From assembly GCA_019652555.1 (NCBI GenBank), contig BPAJ01000001.1, forward strand, positions 272,762-336,761: DNA of 64,000 nucleotides, written 5' to 3'. Source of the stretch: Gammaproteobacteria bacterium. Its GTDB lineage: Bacteria > Pseudomonadota > Gammaproteobacteria > Magnimaribacterales > AG-339-G14. Below, piece by piece: positions 39,066 to 49,195 of this stretch (position 1 is the stretch's first letter; the number at the start of each line of letters is the position of its first letter). The notes under the pieces are model-generated. The model did not search any database and was not told where the DNA came from. It saw only the letters and a program-made list of their open reading frames with translations. Made by a program: the position numbers and the translations under genes.

Positions 39066-40439
39066 ATGCAAGAATCTACTGCTCGTACAGATATTGACGA
39101 TGAATCAACCGAAAAGGTAGCTAGTCCTGAAACACTTTCTGTATGGGGCCTTGCATGGCCATCAATATTAGCAAACATTCTTTATGCTTCCGTTGGTGTG
39201 GTTGCATTAAAAGCCGTGGGAAATTTAGGTACAGATGCAGTTGCTGCTGTCGGCACAGGCGGTCGAATCTTTTTTGTAATTCAATCCATCATGATGGCAA
39301 TTTCAACTGGGACTACTGCTTTGGTTGCAAGAGCTTATGGCGCAAGACGATATCAAGAAGCTAGCCAAGTCTTATATGACTCAATTTTAATAAGTATCTT
39401 TTTAAGCTTTATCTCCATTTTTGTCATTTGGGTCGCTGGGGAAGATTTAATGAGTCTTTTTGGTTTGGAGGCAGAAGCAAAAGATTTAGCTGTAGATTAT
39501 TTAAAAGTACTTATTTTGTTCGCTCCTGCTTTTGGAGTTTCGATTGTTCAAGGTGCGGCAATTAGAGCTGCAGGGGATGTGAAGACGCCTCTTTATTTAG
39601 GCTTAATTCAAAACATAATAAATATTTTTCTCTTGATTGGATTTGTGAATGGACGGTTTGGATTTCCCGAACTTGGCGTTGTTGGAGCAGCATATGCTGG
39701 AGGTATATCTTTTGCTATTGGCGCAATATTGGGAATTTTAGTTTGGGTCTCTAGAATCATTACAATTCCTCTACCAAAACTTGCTAGTTTTTCTTTTTCT
39801 CGGTTTAGAGAATTGATTCATGTATCTACTCCGGCTGGACTAGAGCAGGGCGTGTTTCAATTGGGCCTTCTTCTTTATTTTTGGATTATTTCCTTGTATG
39901 GAAACGCACCAATTGCTGCTTACAATGTCGGTATAAATATTTTGATGCTCTCTTTCATGGTTGGCCAAGGCTTTACGGTCGCTGGCGCTACATTAACTGG
40001 ACAATTTATTGGTGCAGAAAATCCTAAAGAAGCAAAACGAAGTGGTTGGCGTTCTGCAGGGCTGACTATGGTTTCCATGGGAATTTTAGGGATTGTTTTA
40101 GCTTTAGCATCTCGCCCAATTGCCAGTTTTTTTGTCGATGATCCTGAAGTCATTCGTTTGACGGTTTTATTTGTCTGGCTCCTGGGGATAATGCAGCCCT
40201 TAATGGCTTTGGAATTTGCTTTGGGCGGAGCTTTACGCGGCGCGGGGGACACAAAATCTCCGCTCTACATCGTTACAATAAGTCTAATTTTTTTCAGGCT
40301 TACCTTTGCCGGCCTTTTTGTTTGGCTGAATTTTCCAATTGAATACATTTTTGGTAGTTTGATTATCGACTATATTGTTAAAGGAATTCTCTTTACATAT
40401 CGCTTTGAATCTGGTCGGTGGATAAAACTTAAAACCTAG
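39066..40439 (+). CDS. MATE family efflux transporter
   Basis: 457 aa, 12-TM profile and the typical MATE N-terminus (LAWPSILANILYASVGVV...). Confidence 0.85.
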   Translation: MQESTARTDIDDESTEKVASPETLSVWGLAWPSILANILYASVGVVALKAVGNLGTDAVAAVGTGGRIFFVIQSIMMAISTGTTALVARAYGARRYQEASQVLYDSILISIFLSFISIFVIWVAGEDLMSLFGLEAEAKDLAVDYLKVLILFAPAFGVSIVQGAAIRAAGDVKTPLYLGLIQNIINIFLLIGFVNGRFGFPELGVVGAAYAGGISFAIGAILGILVWVSRIITIPLPKLASFSFSRFRELIHVSTPAGLEQGVFQLGLLLYFWIISLYGNAPIAAYNVGINILMLSFMVGQGFTVAGATLTGQFIGAENPKEAKRSGWRSAGLTMVSMGILGIVLALASRPIASFFVDDPEVIRLTVLFVWLLGIMQPLMALEFALGGALRGAGDTKSPLYIVTISLIFFRLTFAGLFVWLNFPIEYIFGSLIIDYIVKGILFTYRFESGRWIKLKT

Positions 40440-40525
40440 AGTTTTTCAAAAATTACGTATATCATCTAGGACATAACTCATTTAGGAGAGTTAATTTATA
40501 AATTAAATCACTTTTGGGAGGATTT

Positions 40526-41212
40526 ATGAGCTATTTAGCTACAAATGATTACGTAGGTATCTCGTTCTGGATTGCGACTGCTATTATGTTAGCGTCGACA
40601 GTATTCTTCTTCGTAGAAAGACAAGACGTATCGGGTAAGTGGAGAACTTCTCTTACCGTTGCTGGTCTTGTTACTGGTATTGCTTTCTGGCATTACCTTT
40701 ACATGAGAGGAATGTGGTCAGACATGGGAGCTTCCCCTACGGTATTTAGATACATTGACTGGTTAATCACAGTACCACTTCAAATCATTGAGTTTTACTT
40801 AATTGTTGCGGCTGTTACGGTTGTAAGTGCAGGTATATTCTGGCGTTTACTTATCGCATCAATAGTAATGCTTGTTGGTGGTTATCTTGGTGAAACTGGA
40901 CTATGGGCACCTTCAGTAGGTTTTGCTGTTGGAATGATTGCTTGGATATACATCATCTATGAAATATTTCTTGGTGAGACTGCTGCAGCCAATGCCTCTA
41001 GTGGAAACTCTGCAAGTCAAAGCGCATTTAACACAATTAAATGGATTGTAACTGTAGGTTGGGCAATTTACCCAGTTGGTTACGCGCTTGGTTACTTCGC
41101 AGGTGGAGTTAATAACGAAGCATTAAACATTGTTTATAACCTTGCTGACTTAATTAACAAAACAGCATTTGGTTTAGCAATTTGGGCAGCTGCTAAAGCA
41201 GATTCAGCTTAG
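40526..41212 (+). CDS. proteorhodopsin, blue-absorbing type (Gln at the position-105 tuning site)
   Basis: RYIDWLITVPLQIIEFYL carries Asp97, Gln105 and Glu108 equivalents (CAA at 40781-40783). FWHY His75 and retinal Lys in DLINKTAFG are present. I start at ATG 40526, preceded by GGGAGGA; there is no signal peptide. Confidence 0.95.
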   Translation: MSYLATNDYVGISFWIATAIMLASTVFFFVERQDVSGKWRTSLTVAGLVTGIAFWHYLYMRGMWSDMGASPTVFRYIDWLITVPLQIIEFYLIVAAVTVVSAGIFWRLLIASIVMLVGGYLGETGLWAPSVGFAVGMIAWIYIIYEIFLGETAAANASSGNSASQSAFNTIKWIVTVGWAIYPVGYALGYFAGGVNNEALNIVYNLADLINKTAFGLAIWAAAKADSA

Positions 41213-41228
41213 TATCAGCCTAATAAAG

Positions 41229-41261
41229 AAAAACCCTAGCTTTTCAGCTAGGGTTTTTTTT
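41229..41261. terminator. bidirectional rho-independent terminator (proteorhodopsin / cobB)
   Basis: CCCTAGCT-tttc-AGCTAGGG flanked by A5 and T8. Confidence 0.85.
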
Positions 41262-41371
41262 AGAGCCCCTTGCACATGTCTCCCCCAAGAGCACAAGGGA
41301 CAAAACGAAATATATAAAATTCTTCCCCAGCGGTCAAAAGAAAATAAAAAAAAATATAAGGAAGAAAGTCT

Positions 41372-42109
41372 TTAGAGAATGGCATCAAAAGTTTCACTGA
41401 TGCTGGCATTGATGACTAAATCTGCAAACTGATCCATTTCGGTAGGCTCATTATTTAAAATGACAAACTTGGCACCGCTTTGTTTGCCGAGCAAAGGAAT
41501 CGTTGCAGCTGGATAAACTACAAGTGACGAACCTACTGCAACCATGAGATCGCAATTTGCTGCCTCATTTTGAGCACGCATCATTTCTTTCTCTGGCATG
41601 GGCTGACCAAAAGATATGGTTGCCGTTTTTATAAAACCTTTGCAATCCTGACAGGTGGGAGGCTCTTGATTTTCTTTGAATGCCAGATGAATGGGTTCAA
41701 GCTCAAATTTCTTTTCACAGTTTAGGCATACCGCATAAGTAGCATTACCATGTATTTCTGTAACCTGATCATCTGCGAGACCCGCTGCTTGATGTAAATT
41801 ATCTACATTTTGAGTAACACAATGCCCGTTCTCTTTCGAATTGATAATGGTCGCTATTGCTTCGTGCCCTTTATTGGGTTTGAATGTTGAGAAATTACTT
41901 TTGAAATTCACACTTTGTTCCCAATATTTTTTTCTCATATCATCGGATGACATAAAATCTTGATAATAAATTGGTGTATTTTTTTTCCAGAAGCCATTCG
42001 GCCCTCTGAAATCTGGAATTCCGGAGTCGGTACTTATGCCAGCACCTGTAAAGAATACTGGGTAAGATGAATTTTCTACAAGCTTTTTAAATTCTGTAAG
42101 ATTCGTCAT
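41372..42109 (-). CDS. cobB: NAD-dependent protein deacylase, Sir2 family
   Basis: GAGISTDSGIPDFRG, HG and a Zn ribbon (CLNCEKK...CQDCKG). Confidence 0.9.
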   Translation of the reverse strand: MTNLTEFKKLVENSSYPVFFTGAGISTDSGIPDFRGPNGFWKKNTPIYYQDFMSSDDMRKKYWEQSVNFKSNFSTFKPNKGHEAIATIINSKENGHCVTQNVDNLHQAAGLADDQVTEIHGNATYAVCLNCEKKFELEPIHLAFKENQEPPTCQDCKGFIKTATISFGQPMPEKEMMRAQNEAANCDLMVAVGSSLVVYPAATIPLLGKQSGAKFVILNNEPTEMDQFADLVINASISETFDAIL

Positions 42110-42202
42110 AAAATTAATCTACCATCTCAAGATAAACTTTTCCTTAAAAAAAATTCTATCAAACTTGAAATAACTTATTTCTCAGAGTAAATTGAATTTC
42201 TT

Positions 42203-42278
42203 GCGAGTATAGCTCAGCTGGTAGAGCGCGACCTTGCCAAGGTCGAGGCCACGGGTTCGAACCCCGTTACTCGCTCCA
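42203..42278 (+). tRNA. tRNA-Gly (anticodon GCC)
   Basis: Acceptor GCGAGTA/TACTCGC, anticodon loop TTGCCAA, GTTCGAACC T-loop and encoded CCA. Confidence 0.9.
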
Positions 42279-42294
42279 TTTTAGGAGTGCTGTT

Positions 42295-43224
42295 ATGAAA
42301 TACCTTTTAATTGCTTCCGTATTCTTGTTTAACACCTTATTAGCATCCGAATCTTGTGAACATTCAAAATGGGGTAAAGGCGATGAAATTGGAAACGCAA
42401 ATCTAATTACCAATAAGTCTGTTTTAAATGCAGCAAAACTTATAAAAACTGGAAAAGTTTATAGTTTGGGTTTGACGCTTGATTCAAATACGCCTGCCTA
42501 TCCGCCTAGAAGCTTAAGTCTTCAGGTAGTTCAGCCAACTCAGCAATTTGGTGAGAAAGCTTTTCCGAATTCAACCTACAATGATGATATCTTCCAAGGT
42601 TGGTTTGGTATAGGTTCTCAACTTGATGGCTTGGGCCACATTGGCCGACCCGATGGTAAGTTTTACAATTGTTTTGATGGAAAAAAAATTGCTCCCATCA
42701 CAGGACTTACAAAATTAGGAATTGAGAAAGTACCTCCGATGGTAACTCGCGGAGTACTTTTTGATATGACAAAAGTTTTAGGCGTTGAATACCTTAAGGC
42801 TGGGCAAACTTTTTCGATTAAAGAATTACAGTTGGCAGAAAAATCACAAGGTGTAAAAGTTCAAAAAGGCGATGTGGTTTTTTTTCATACAGGTTGGACA
42901 GATGCAATGTTGGAAAAATTTCCAGAAAAATGGGGTGCAGAAATTCCTGGTCTGACACCAGAGTTAGCGCAATACTTAGCAGATTTGGAGGTAATTGCAG
43001 TAGGTTCAGATACTTACGGATTGGATGTCATCCCACCGGTCAATCCTGAAGAACCTTTTCAAGGACATGTTATTTTGTTGCAACAAAATGGAATTTATAT
43101 TTTAGAGGCCATGAATACTGGACCACTAGCTAAAGACGAGACTTTTGAATTTTTATTTGTTTTGGGACAAGCTAAAGTTAGGGGTGCAGTTCAGATGTAT
43201 GTCAATCCGATCGCAATCAGATAG
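42295..43224 (+). CDS. secreted cyclase-family protein (kynurenine formamidase-like fold)
   Basis: Signal peptide. GSQLDGLGHIG and FFHTGW resemble putative-cyclase/arylformamidase family blocks. SD AGGAG lies immediately after tRNA-Gly. Confidence 0.6.
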   Translation: MKYLLIASVFLFNTLLASESCEHSKWGKGDEIGNANLITNKSVLNAAKLIKTGKVYSLGLTLDSNTPAYPPRSLSLQVVQPTQQFGEKAFPNSTYNDDIFQGWFGIGSQLDGLGHIGRPDGKFYNCFDGKKIAPITGLTKLGIEKVPPMVTRGVLFDMTKVLGVEYLKAGQTFSIKELQLAEKSQGVKVQKGDVVFFHTGWTDAMLEKFPEKWGAEIPGLTPELAQYLADLEVIAVGSDTYGLDVIPPVNPEEPFQGHVILLQQNGIYILEAMNTGPLAKDETFEFLFVLGQAKVRGAVQMYVNPIAIR

Positions 43225-43225
43225 A

Positions 43226-43867
43226 TTAGATTTGGTCAGCAAATTCGTGATTTTTATCACGATGACCCGCTTCATCAGCTCTAACTGCAATGACTACATC
43301 TCTAAGGGATGCGTCAGAACCAAGATTCCAATAATCAATAGCTATTTGAGGAGCAGGGCGATTTAAAATTTTACCATTATCTATTTCAGCTAAATATTCT
43401 GAATAAGACATAACTGCTTCTTCTTCAAAATAACCAATCATTCTGTGAGCAGTTTTTTTAAAAAAGATATAAAGAAAAGTATAGAAAATTCCAAAAAATA
43501 TTTGTGCTAAAAGAATTAAAAACCTTTCAAATTTTGAAGGCTTGGCAATTTCAATGAAAGTCATCAAATGCATTCTTTCGTTTTCTGCCTCATCAAGTAG
43601 TTCTTTTATCATGCCATTATCGTCTTTCATATTCCTAAGGGATCTAAGGTGATGTACCACACCAGCAACCATTCCAGGTACGCCAGCAACAGTTTCTAAC
43701 ACAACGGCACGATGACCATATCTTTTACGAAAAAGAGTATCGGCAAAGAATCTTAATGATTTTGTAATAAAGAGCGCGAACGAATCACTGAAGCTCTCAG
43801 GGGGAGTATGAAGCTGAGCTCCAATTGATTCGTTCGATACAAATTTGTTGTCATCTGTATTTAGCAT
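43226..43867 (-). CDS. alternative oxidase (diiron ubiquinol oxidase, AOX)
   Basis: All four AOX iron-ligand blocks are present: LETVAGVPGMV, ENERMHL, FEEEAV and RADEAGHRDKNH. Confidence 0.9.
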   Translation of the reverse strand: MLNTDDNKFVSNESIGAQLHTPPESFSDSFALFITKSLRFFADTLFRKRYGHRAVVLETVAGVPGMVAGVVHHLRSLRNMKDDNGMIKELLDEAENERMHLMTFIEIAKPSKFERFLILLAQIFFGIFYTFLYIFFKKTAHRMIGYFEEEAVMSYSEYLAEIDNGKILNRPAPQIAIDYWNLGSDASLRDVVIAVRADEAGHRDKNHEFADQI

Positions 43868-43977
43868 GTGTGTACTATATATATTTCAAAGTTATATAAA
43901 ATATTTCAAACCTAATTATTAGATATATATAGCTTTTTTGCATAAGTGCTAAAGTTTGAATAAATATAGAGGTAAAG

Positions 43978-44787
43978 ATGAATACATTGAAAACTGAAAT
44001 AAAAGAAAAGGGAGTCTTTGTGATTACCTTAAATAGACCTAAAGTCTTAAATAGCCTTAACAAAGAAATCATTGATGAGCTGCTTGAAGCATTCGATAAA
44101 GCTTATGAAGATCAATCAATTAGAACAGTAGTTCTTACTGGAGAAGGCAGAGGATTTTGTAGTGGAGCTGATCTTGCGGGCGGTGGTTGGCCCAGTGATC
44201 CTAAATGGTCTCCCGGTGAATCAACGGCAAATGCCATGGAAATCGGTTTCAACCCTTTGGTCAGAAAGATAGTAAATTGCCCCAAACCCGTAGTGAACGC
44301 TATTAACGGTATTGCTGCTGGAGGTGGCGTCGGTTTGGCTCTCTGTGGAGATTTAATTTTAGCTGCCGATTCAGCAAAATTTAAATTGGTATTTGGCCCG
44401 CAGCTAGGCATTATTTCCGATGTTGGAGCCTCCTGGTTGGTACCTAATCTTTTGGGTCGAGCTAAAGCTAATGGCATGGCTTTATTAGGAGAGGATATCA
44501 GCGCCTCTCAAGCAGAAGCTTGGGGATTGATTTGGAAGGTTTTTCCTGAAAAAGACTTATTGGATGAAGCTTGTAAGTTAGCCGGCCAAATGGCAGATGG
44601 AGCCATTACAGGCTTGAAAGCGATCGTTAAAGCTCACGATAATGCTCTTCAAGTATCTCTATCTGATCAATTGGATTATGAGAGAGATACGCAACGTGTT
44701 TTATGCGATGGAGCGGTTTTCAAAGAAGGCGTGCAAGCCTTTTTGGAAAAGAGAAAACCAAATTTCAGAGATATTGAAGAAGTTTAG
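43978..44787 (+). CDS. enoyl-CoA hydratase/isomerase (crotonase superfamily)
   Basis: Oxyanion-hole motifs (FCSGADL; GIAAGGG). Confidence 0.85.
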   Translation: MNTLKTEIKEKGVFVITLNRPKVLNSLNKEIIDELLEAFDKAYEDQSIRTVVLTGEGRGFCSGADLAGGGWPSDPKWSPGESTANAMEIGFNPLVRKIVNCPKPVVNAINGIAAGGGVGLALCGDLILAADSAKFKLVFGPQLGIISDVGASWLVPNLLGRAKANGMALLGEDISASQAEAWGLIWKVFPEKDLLDEACKLAGQMADGAITGLKAIVKAHDNALQVSLSDQLDYERDTQRVLCDGAVFKEGVQAFLEKRKPNFRDIEEV

Positions 44788-44793
44788 CTTTGG

Positions 44794-45923
44794 CTAATTC
44801 GAATTGAGTCTTTCTAAGAGATTCGTATAAATTCCTTTAAGCGTTTCTAAGTCTTGGAGACTGACATTCTCATCGGTTTTGTGAATGGTTTCGTTTAAAG
44901 GACCGAGCTCAACAATTTCTGATCCCATAACCTGCAAGAAACGTCCGTCAGAAGTTCCACCCCCGTTATTGATGATAGGTTCATAGCCCGTGATGGATTT
45001 AACCGAGTCTACAATCTGTTCGATAAAATATTTTTTTTCAGTTAAATAAGGAAGACCGCTTAACACCCATTCCACTTCATATTTAAGATTCAGCTTTTTA
45101 AGCACAGCCTCAAAAGTTTCTTTCAAGTAAGCTTCATTGGATTCAGAACAAAATCTAAAATTGAACATCATCTCTAAAACTCCTGGCACGACATTGGTGG
45201 CTCCGGTTCCAGATTTGATATTGGAAATTTGAAAAGACGTAGGTTGAAAATGTTCATTACCTTCATCCCAAGTAATGCTTTCCAGTTCAGAGATTAATTT
45301 GGCACTGGTAAAAATAGGATTTTCTACTTTTTCAGGATAGGCAACATGGCCTTGTTTCCCTAAAACTTTTAATGTTCCGCTTAACGAACCGCGCCTACCG
45401 ATTCTGATGGTATCGCCAACTTTTTTATTTGAAGAGGGCTCACCAACCAAGCAAAAGTCAATATGTTCACCATCATCCATGAATTTTTTAATGATGACAT
45501 CGATTTTGCCGTCTTCAGGTTCACCTTCTTCATTGGAAGTAAGTAGCACTGCCAATCGATAATTCAAGGTAGGATTTGTGCTTAAGAAATCTTTTAAAGC
45601 CAAGAGGTAGGCGGCAATGTTTCCCTTCATATCCGCGGTACCGCGACCGTACATATGACCATCAATGGTGACTGCTGAAAAAGGCGGTTGACTCCAATTC
45701 TCAACTGGCCCAGTCGGTACCACATCGGTATGTCCCAAGAAACACATCAAAGGGCCTTCATTACCAAGCACGGCATAGAGATTTTCGACATTGTCATAAT
45801 CAATACGTTCGCATTTGAAGCCCAAATCTTTTAAAAACGGCTCGATAAGATCAAAACAACCTTCGTCTTTAGGGTGATCGATTCAATTTTAATTAAGTCT
45901 CTTAATAAAGTTTCTATTTCCAT
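44794..45923 (-). CDS. dapE: succinyl-diaminopimelate desuccinylase, reading frame broken by an apparent 1-nt deletion
   Basis: The track ORF (44794..45825) begins mid-protein at ..LGFKCE. Upstream, ATG 45923 gives MEIETLLRDLIKIESIT. Adding one C to the C3 run (plus-strand GGG 45872-45874) yields ..ITPKDEGCFDLIEPFLKDLGFKCE.., a full-length DapE with GHTDVVP and GRGTADMKG. Confidence 0.85.
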
Positions 45924-46018
45924 TTGGCGCTATTATAAGTCGTTTCACAAACTAGTTTTAAATTTTATTACTGCTGCTAAAATCATTCTTTTATTAGAAC
46001 TAAATCATAGGAACCAAT

Positions 46019-48175
46019 ATGACAAATCGTATCCAAAGAGGCGATCTTCAAGTAAGTGAAGAATTAGACAAATTAATCAGTGAAAAAGTTTGTGTGAATA
46101 TCGATGTGGAGCCTGAGCAATTCTGGAATTCTTTTAACGAAGTTGTCAAAGAATTTACTCCTAGAAATAAAGCTTTACTGGCTGAAAGAGAAGAGCTGCA
46201 AACCAAAATAGACAATTGGCATAAAGAAAATAAAGAATTCGATAAAGAAACATATAAGTCCTTTTTAAAAGAAATTGGCTACTGGGTCGACACCAATGAG
46301 GATTTTGAAATAGAAACCACTAATGTAGATGCTGAAATATCCACCATCGCAGGCGCGCAACTGGTAGTGCCTGTCATGAATGCTAGATTTGCTTTGAATG
46401 CTGCCAATGCCAGATGGGGCAGTCTTTACGATGCGCTTTACGGTACGGATATGATCTCAGAAGATGGTGGGGCAGAACGTGGAGGCGCTTATAACCCTGT
46501 CAGAGGAGATAAAGTCATTGAATTTTCCAAAAACTTTATGAATGAAAACTTTCCTTTGAGTAATGGTACTTATCAAGAAATTGCTGCATTTCAAATTGCT
46601 GACGGCAATTTGGAAATTACCCTCAAAGATCAGACCAAAGTGACTTTGGCAGATAACGATAAGTTTGTTGGCTATTCTGGAGATGTTGAAAATCCCTCAG
46701 GGATTTTAATGAAAAATAACAATCTTCATGTCGAGGTGCAAATCGATCGTGAAGACTCGGTCGGTAAAGACGACTTAGCCGGGATTAAAGATATCTTAGT
46801 CGAGTCAGCAGTTACTACCATCCAAGATTGTGAAGATTCGGTTGCCGCTGTTGATGGCGAAGACAAAGCTACTGTTTACAGTAACTGGCTTGGCTTGATG
46901 CAAGGTAATCTAGAGGAAACTTTTGACAAAGGGGGTAAAGCCATGACCCGAAAGCTCAACCCTGATAGAGATTATTCCAATCCTGAAGGTGTTGGATTCA
47001 CTTTGCCAGGTAGAAGCACGATGTTGGTTAGAAATGTCGGACACTTAATGACTACTCCTGCCATTTTGGATGCTGAAGGCAATGAGATTTTTGAAGGCAT
47101 CATGGATGCTATGTTTACCATCACCATTGCCAAACACGATTTGCTCAGTAACGGTACTTTCAAAAACAGTCGTACTGGAAGCATTTATATTGTTAAGCCC
47201 AAAATGCATGGTCCAAAAGAAGTGCAATTAACTTGTGATTTATTTGCTGCGGTTGAAAAAGCGGTAGGCTTAGCGCCACTGACAGCAAAGATTGGCATCA
47301 TGGATGAAGAGCGTCGTACGACAATCAATTTAAAAGAATGCATTAAAGTTGCCAAAGATCGAGTGATCTTTATTAACACTGGCTTTTTAGATCGTACCGG
47401 TGATGAGATTCATACTTCCATGGAAGCAGGCCCAATGATTAGAAAAGCGCAAATGAAGCAAGAGCCTTGGATCTTGGCTTACGAAGATTGGAACGTCGAT
47501 AAAGGTCTGCAAACTGGCTTCAAAGGCAAAGCGCAAATTGGGAAAGGGATGTGGGCAATGCCAGATGAAATGCTTGGTATGTATGAAAACAAAACCGTAC
47601 ATCCAGAAGCAGGTGCAAATTGTGCATGGGTACCTTCGCCTACTGCTGCAACCTTACACGCGCTGCATTATCATCAAATCAGCGTGCCAAGTGTTCAGGA
47701 AGATTTACAAAAAAGAAAAGAAGCAAACATGGATGAAATCCTGGAAATTCCTCTTTTAAAAGAAGAGTTATCAGCTGAAGAAATCCAAGCTGAGTTGGAT
47801 AACAATGCTCAGGGCATCTTGGGTTATGTGGTTCGTTGGATTGACCAAGGCGTGGGATGTTCCAAAGTTCCGGATATCAATAATGTGGGCTTAATGGAAG
47901 ACCGAGCAACTTGTCGAATTTCCAGTCAGCACATTGCCAATTGGCTGCATCATGGTTTGTGTGATGAAACGCAAGTTTTAGAGACCATGAAAAAAATGGC
48001 TGTCGTAGTCGATGACCAAAATTCTGGTGATCCAGAATACGAAAACATGGCGCCTGGTTATGATGGGGATGCCTTTCAAGCGGCTTGTGACTTGGTTCTA
48101 AAAGGTCGGGTTCAACCTAGTGGTTACACCGAGCCGATTCTCCACGCGCAACGATTGGTTAAAAAAGCTCACTAA
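46019..48175 (+). CDS. glcB: malate synthase G
   Basis: 718 aa, with the G-type N-terminus and catalytic region. Confidence 0.9.
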   Translation: MTNRIQRGDLQVSEELDKLISEKVCVNIDVEPEQFWNSFNEVVKEFTPRNKALLAEREELQTKIDNWHKENKEFDKETYKSFLKEIGYWVDTNEDFEIETTNVDAEISTIAGAQLVVPVMNARFALNAANARWGSLYDALYGTDMISEDGGAERGGAYNPVRGDKVIEFSKNFMNENFPLSNGTYQEIAAFQIADGNLEITLKDQTKVTLADNDKFVGYSGDVENPSGILMKNNNLHVEVQIDREDSVGKDDLAGIKDILVESAVTTIQDCEDSVAAVDGEDKATVYSNWLGLMQGNLEETFDKGGKAMTRKLNPDRDYSNPEGVGFTLPGRSTMLVRNVGHLMTTPAILDAEGNEIFEGIMDAMFTITIAKHDLLSNGTFKNSRTGSIYIVKPKMHGPKEVQLTCDLFAAVEKAVGLAPLTAKIGIMDEERRTTINLKECIKVAKDRVIFINTGFLDRTGDEIHTSMEAGPMIRKAQMKQEPWILAYEDWNVDKGLQTGFKGKAQIGKGMWAMPDEMLGMYENKTVHPEAGANCAWVPSPTAATLHALHYHQISVPSVQEDLQKRKEANMDEILEIPLLKEELSAEEIQAELDNNAQGILGYVVRWIDQGVGCSKVPDINNVGLMEDRATCRISSQHIANWLHHGLCDETQVLETMKKMAVVVDDQNSGDPEYENMAPGYDGDAFQAACDLVLKGRVQPSGYTEPILHAQRLVKKAH

Positions 48176-48181
48176 AGCAAG

Positions 48182-49195
48182 ATGAGCAATCTTTCTCAAG
48201 CAGAATGGTTGGCTCAAATATCTGAAGAGATCATTGATCCTGAACAAAGGATCATTGATCCACATCATCATCTTTGGCCTGGTAGTGCAGGTGGCAGTCA
48301 ATATCTGTTAGATGATCTTTGGGCTGATACCGGCTCTGGACATAACGTGACGAATACGGTTTTTATCGACTGCAGTCAGTGCTATTGGAATTTAGAAGAT
48401 GCAGCATTAAACCCAGTAGGGGAGACGGAATTTGTCAAAGAATTGGCAGATGCTTCCAAAGCAGATTCAAACCAAGCAACCATTTCAGGAATCGTTGGAC
48501 ATGTAGATATGTTGTTGGGTTTTGAAGCAGAGAGAGTTTTGGAAAAGCATTTGGAAGTTGGCCAGGAATTGTTCAAAGGCATTCGTCATGCTGGCGGCTG
48601 GGATCCTCATTCCAATGTTCGCAATTCGCATCATGATGCTTGTGAAGGTTTGTATCTCTTGCCAAATTTTTTAGACGGCTTACAGACTCTTACCAAATTG
48701 GGTTATGTTTTTGAAGCTTGGCAGTATCACCATCAAATTCCGCAAATTACCGAGTTAGCCAAAGAATTTCCAGATCTCATTATTATCTTGAATCACTTTA
48801 GCGGCCCCTTAGGTATCGGACCTTATGAAAACAAACAGGCTGAAATCTTTCCTCAATGGCAAAAGGACCTGAAAGAACTTAGTCAACACGAAAATGTTTA
48901 TGCCAAGCTTGGTGGGTTAGCTATGCCGGTAAATGGTTTTGGGTTTCATACACAAGCCAAACCACCAACATCCGATGAATTTGTGAGTAAACAAAAAGCT
49001 TATTACGAAACAGCGCTTGAGTATTTCACACCTGCAAGATGCATGTTTGAAAGCAATTTTCCGGTAGACAAAGCTTCCATTTCTTATCCGGTACTGTGGA
49101 ATGCTTTTAAGAAGATAGCTAAAGACTATAGCTCAGCAGAAAAAGATCAGCTCTTTTATCAAACCGCTGCAAAGGTTTATCGAATTACTGATTGA
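48182..49195 (+). CDS. amidohydrolase-2 family metal-dependent hydrolase (LigI/lactonase-like)
   Basis: IIDPHHHLW metal-binding start and TIM-barrel hydrolase pattern. Starts 6 nt after glcB. Confidence 0.7.
   Translation: MSNLSQAEWLAQISEEIIDPEQRIIDPHHHLWPGSAGGSQYLLDDLWADTGSGHNVTNTVFIDCSQCYWNLEDAALNPVGETEFVKELADASKADSNQATISGIVGHVDMLLGFEAERVLEKHLEVGQELFKGIRHAGGWDPHSNVRNSHHDACEGLYLLPNFLDGLQTLTKLGYVFEAWQYHHQIPQITELAKEFPDLIIILNHFSGPLGIGPYENKQAEIFPQWQKDLKELSQHENVYAKLGGLAMPVNGFGFHTQAKPPTSDEFVSKQKAYYETALEYFTPARCMFESNFPVDKASISYPVLWNAFKKIAKDYSSAEKDQLFYQTAAKVYRITD

Noticed and set aside
41262-41300. GC-rich patch (GAGCCCCTTGCACATGTCTCCCCCAAGAGCACAAGGGAC) between the proteorhodopsin terminator and cobB
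   Set aside because: Only a 6-bp stem (CCCTTG/CAAGGG) with a 20-nt loop can be drawn. No known motif was recognised. Probably just the cobB 3' UTR.
41372-42109. Sir2-domain protein as a possible anti-phage (Thoeris/DSR-type) effector
   Set aside because: It is a compact 245-aa canonical CobB sirtuin with an intact Zn ribbon and NAD motifs. It has no fused sensor domain and no partner gene, and it is flanked by housekeeping genes.
45874-46059. 61-aa plus-strand ORF between dapE and glcB
   Set aside because: It overlaps the true N-terminal coding part of dapE on the other strand and the glcB start. AT-rich junk translation.
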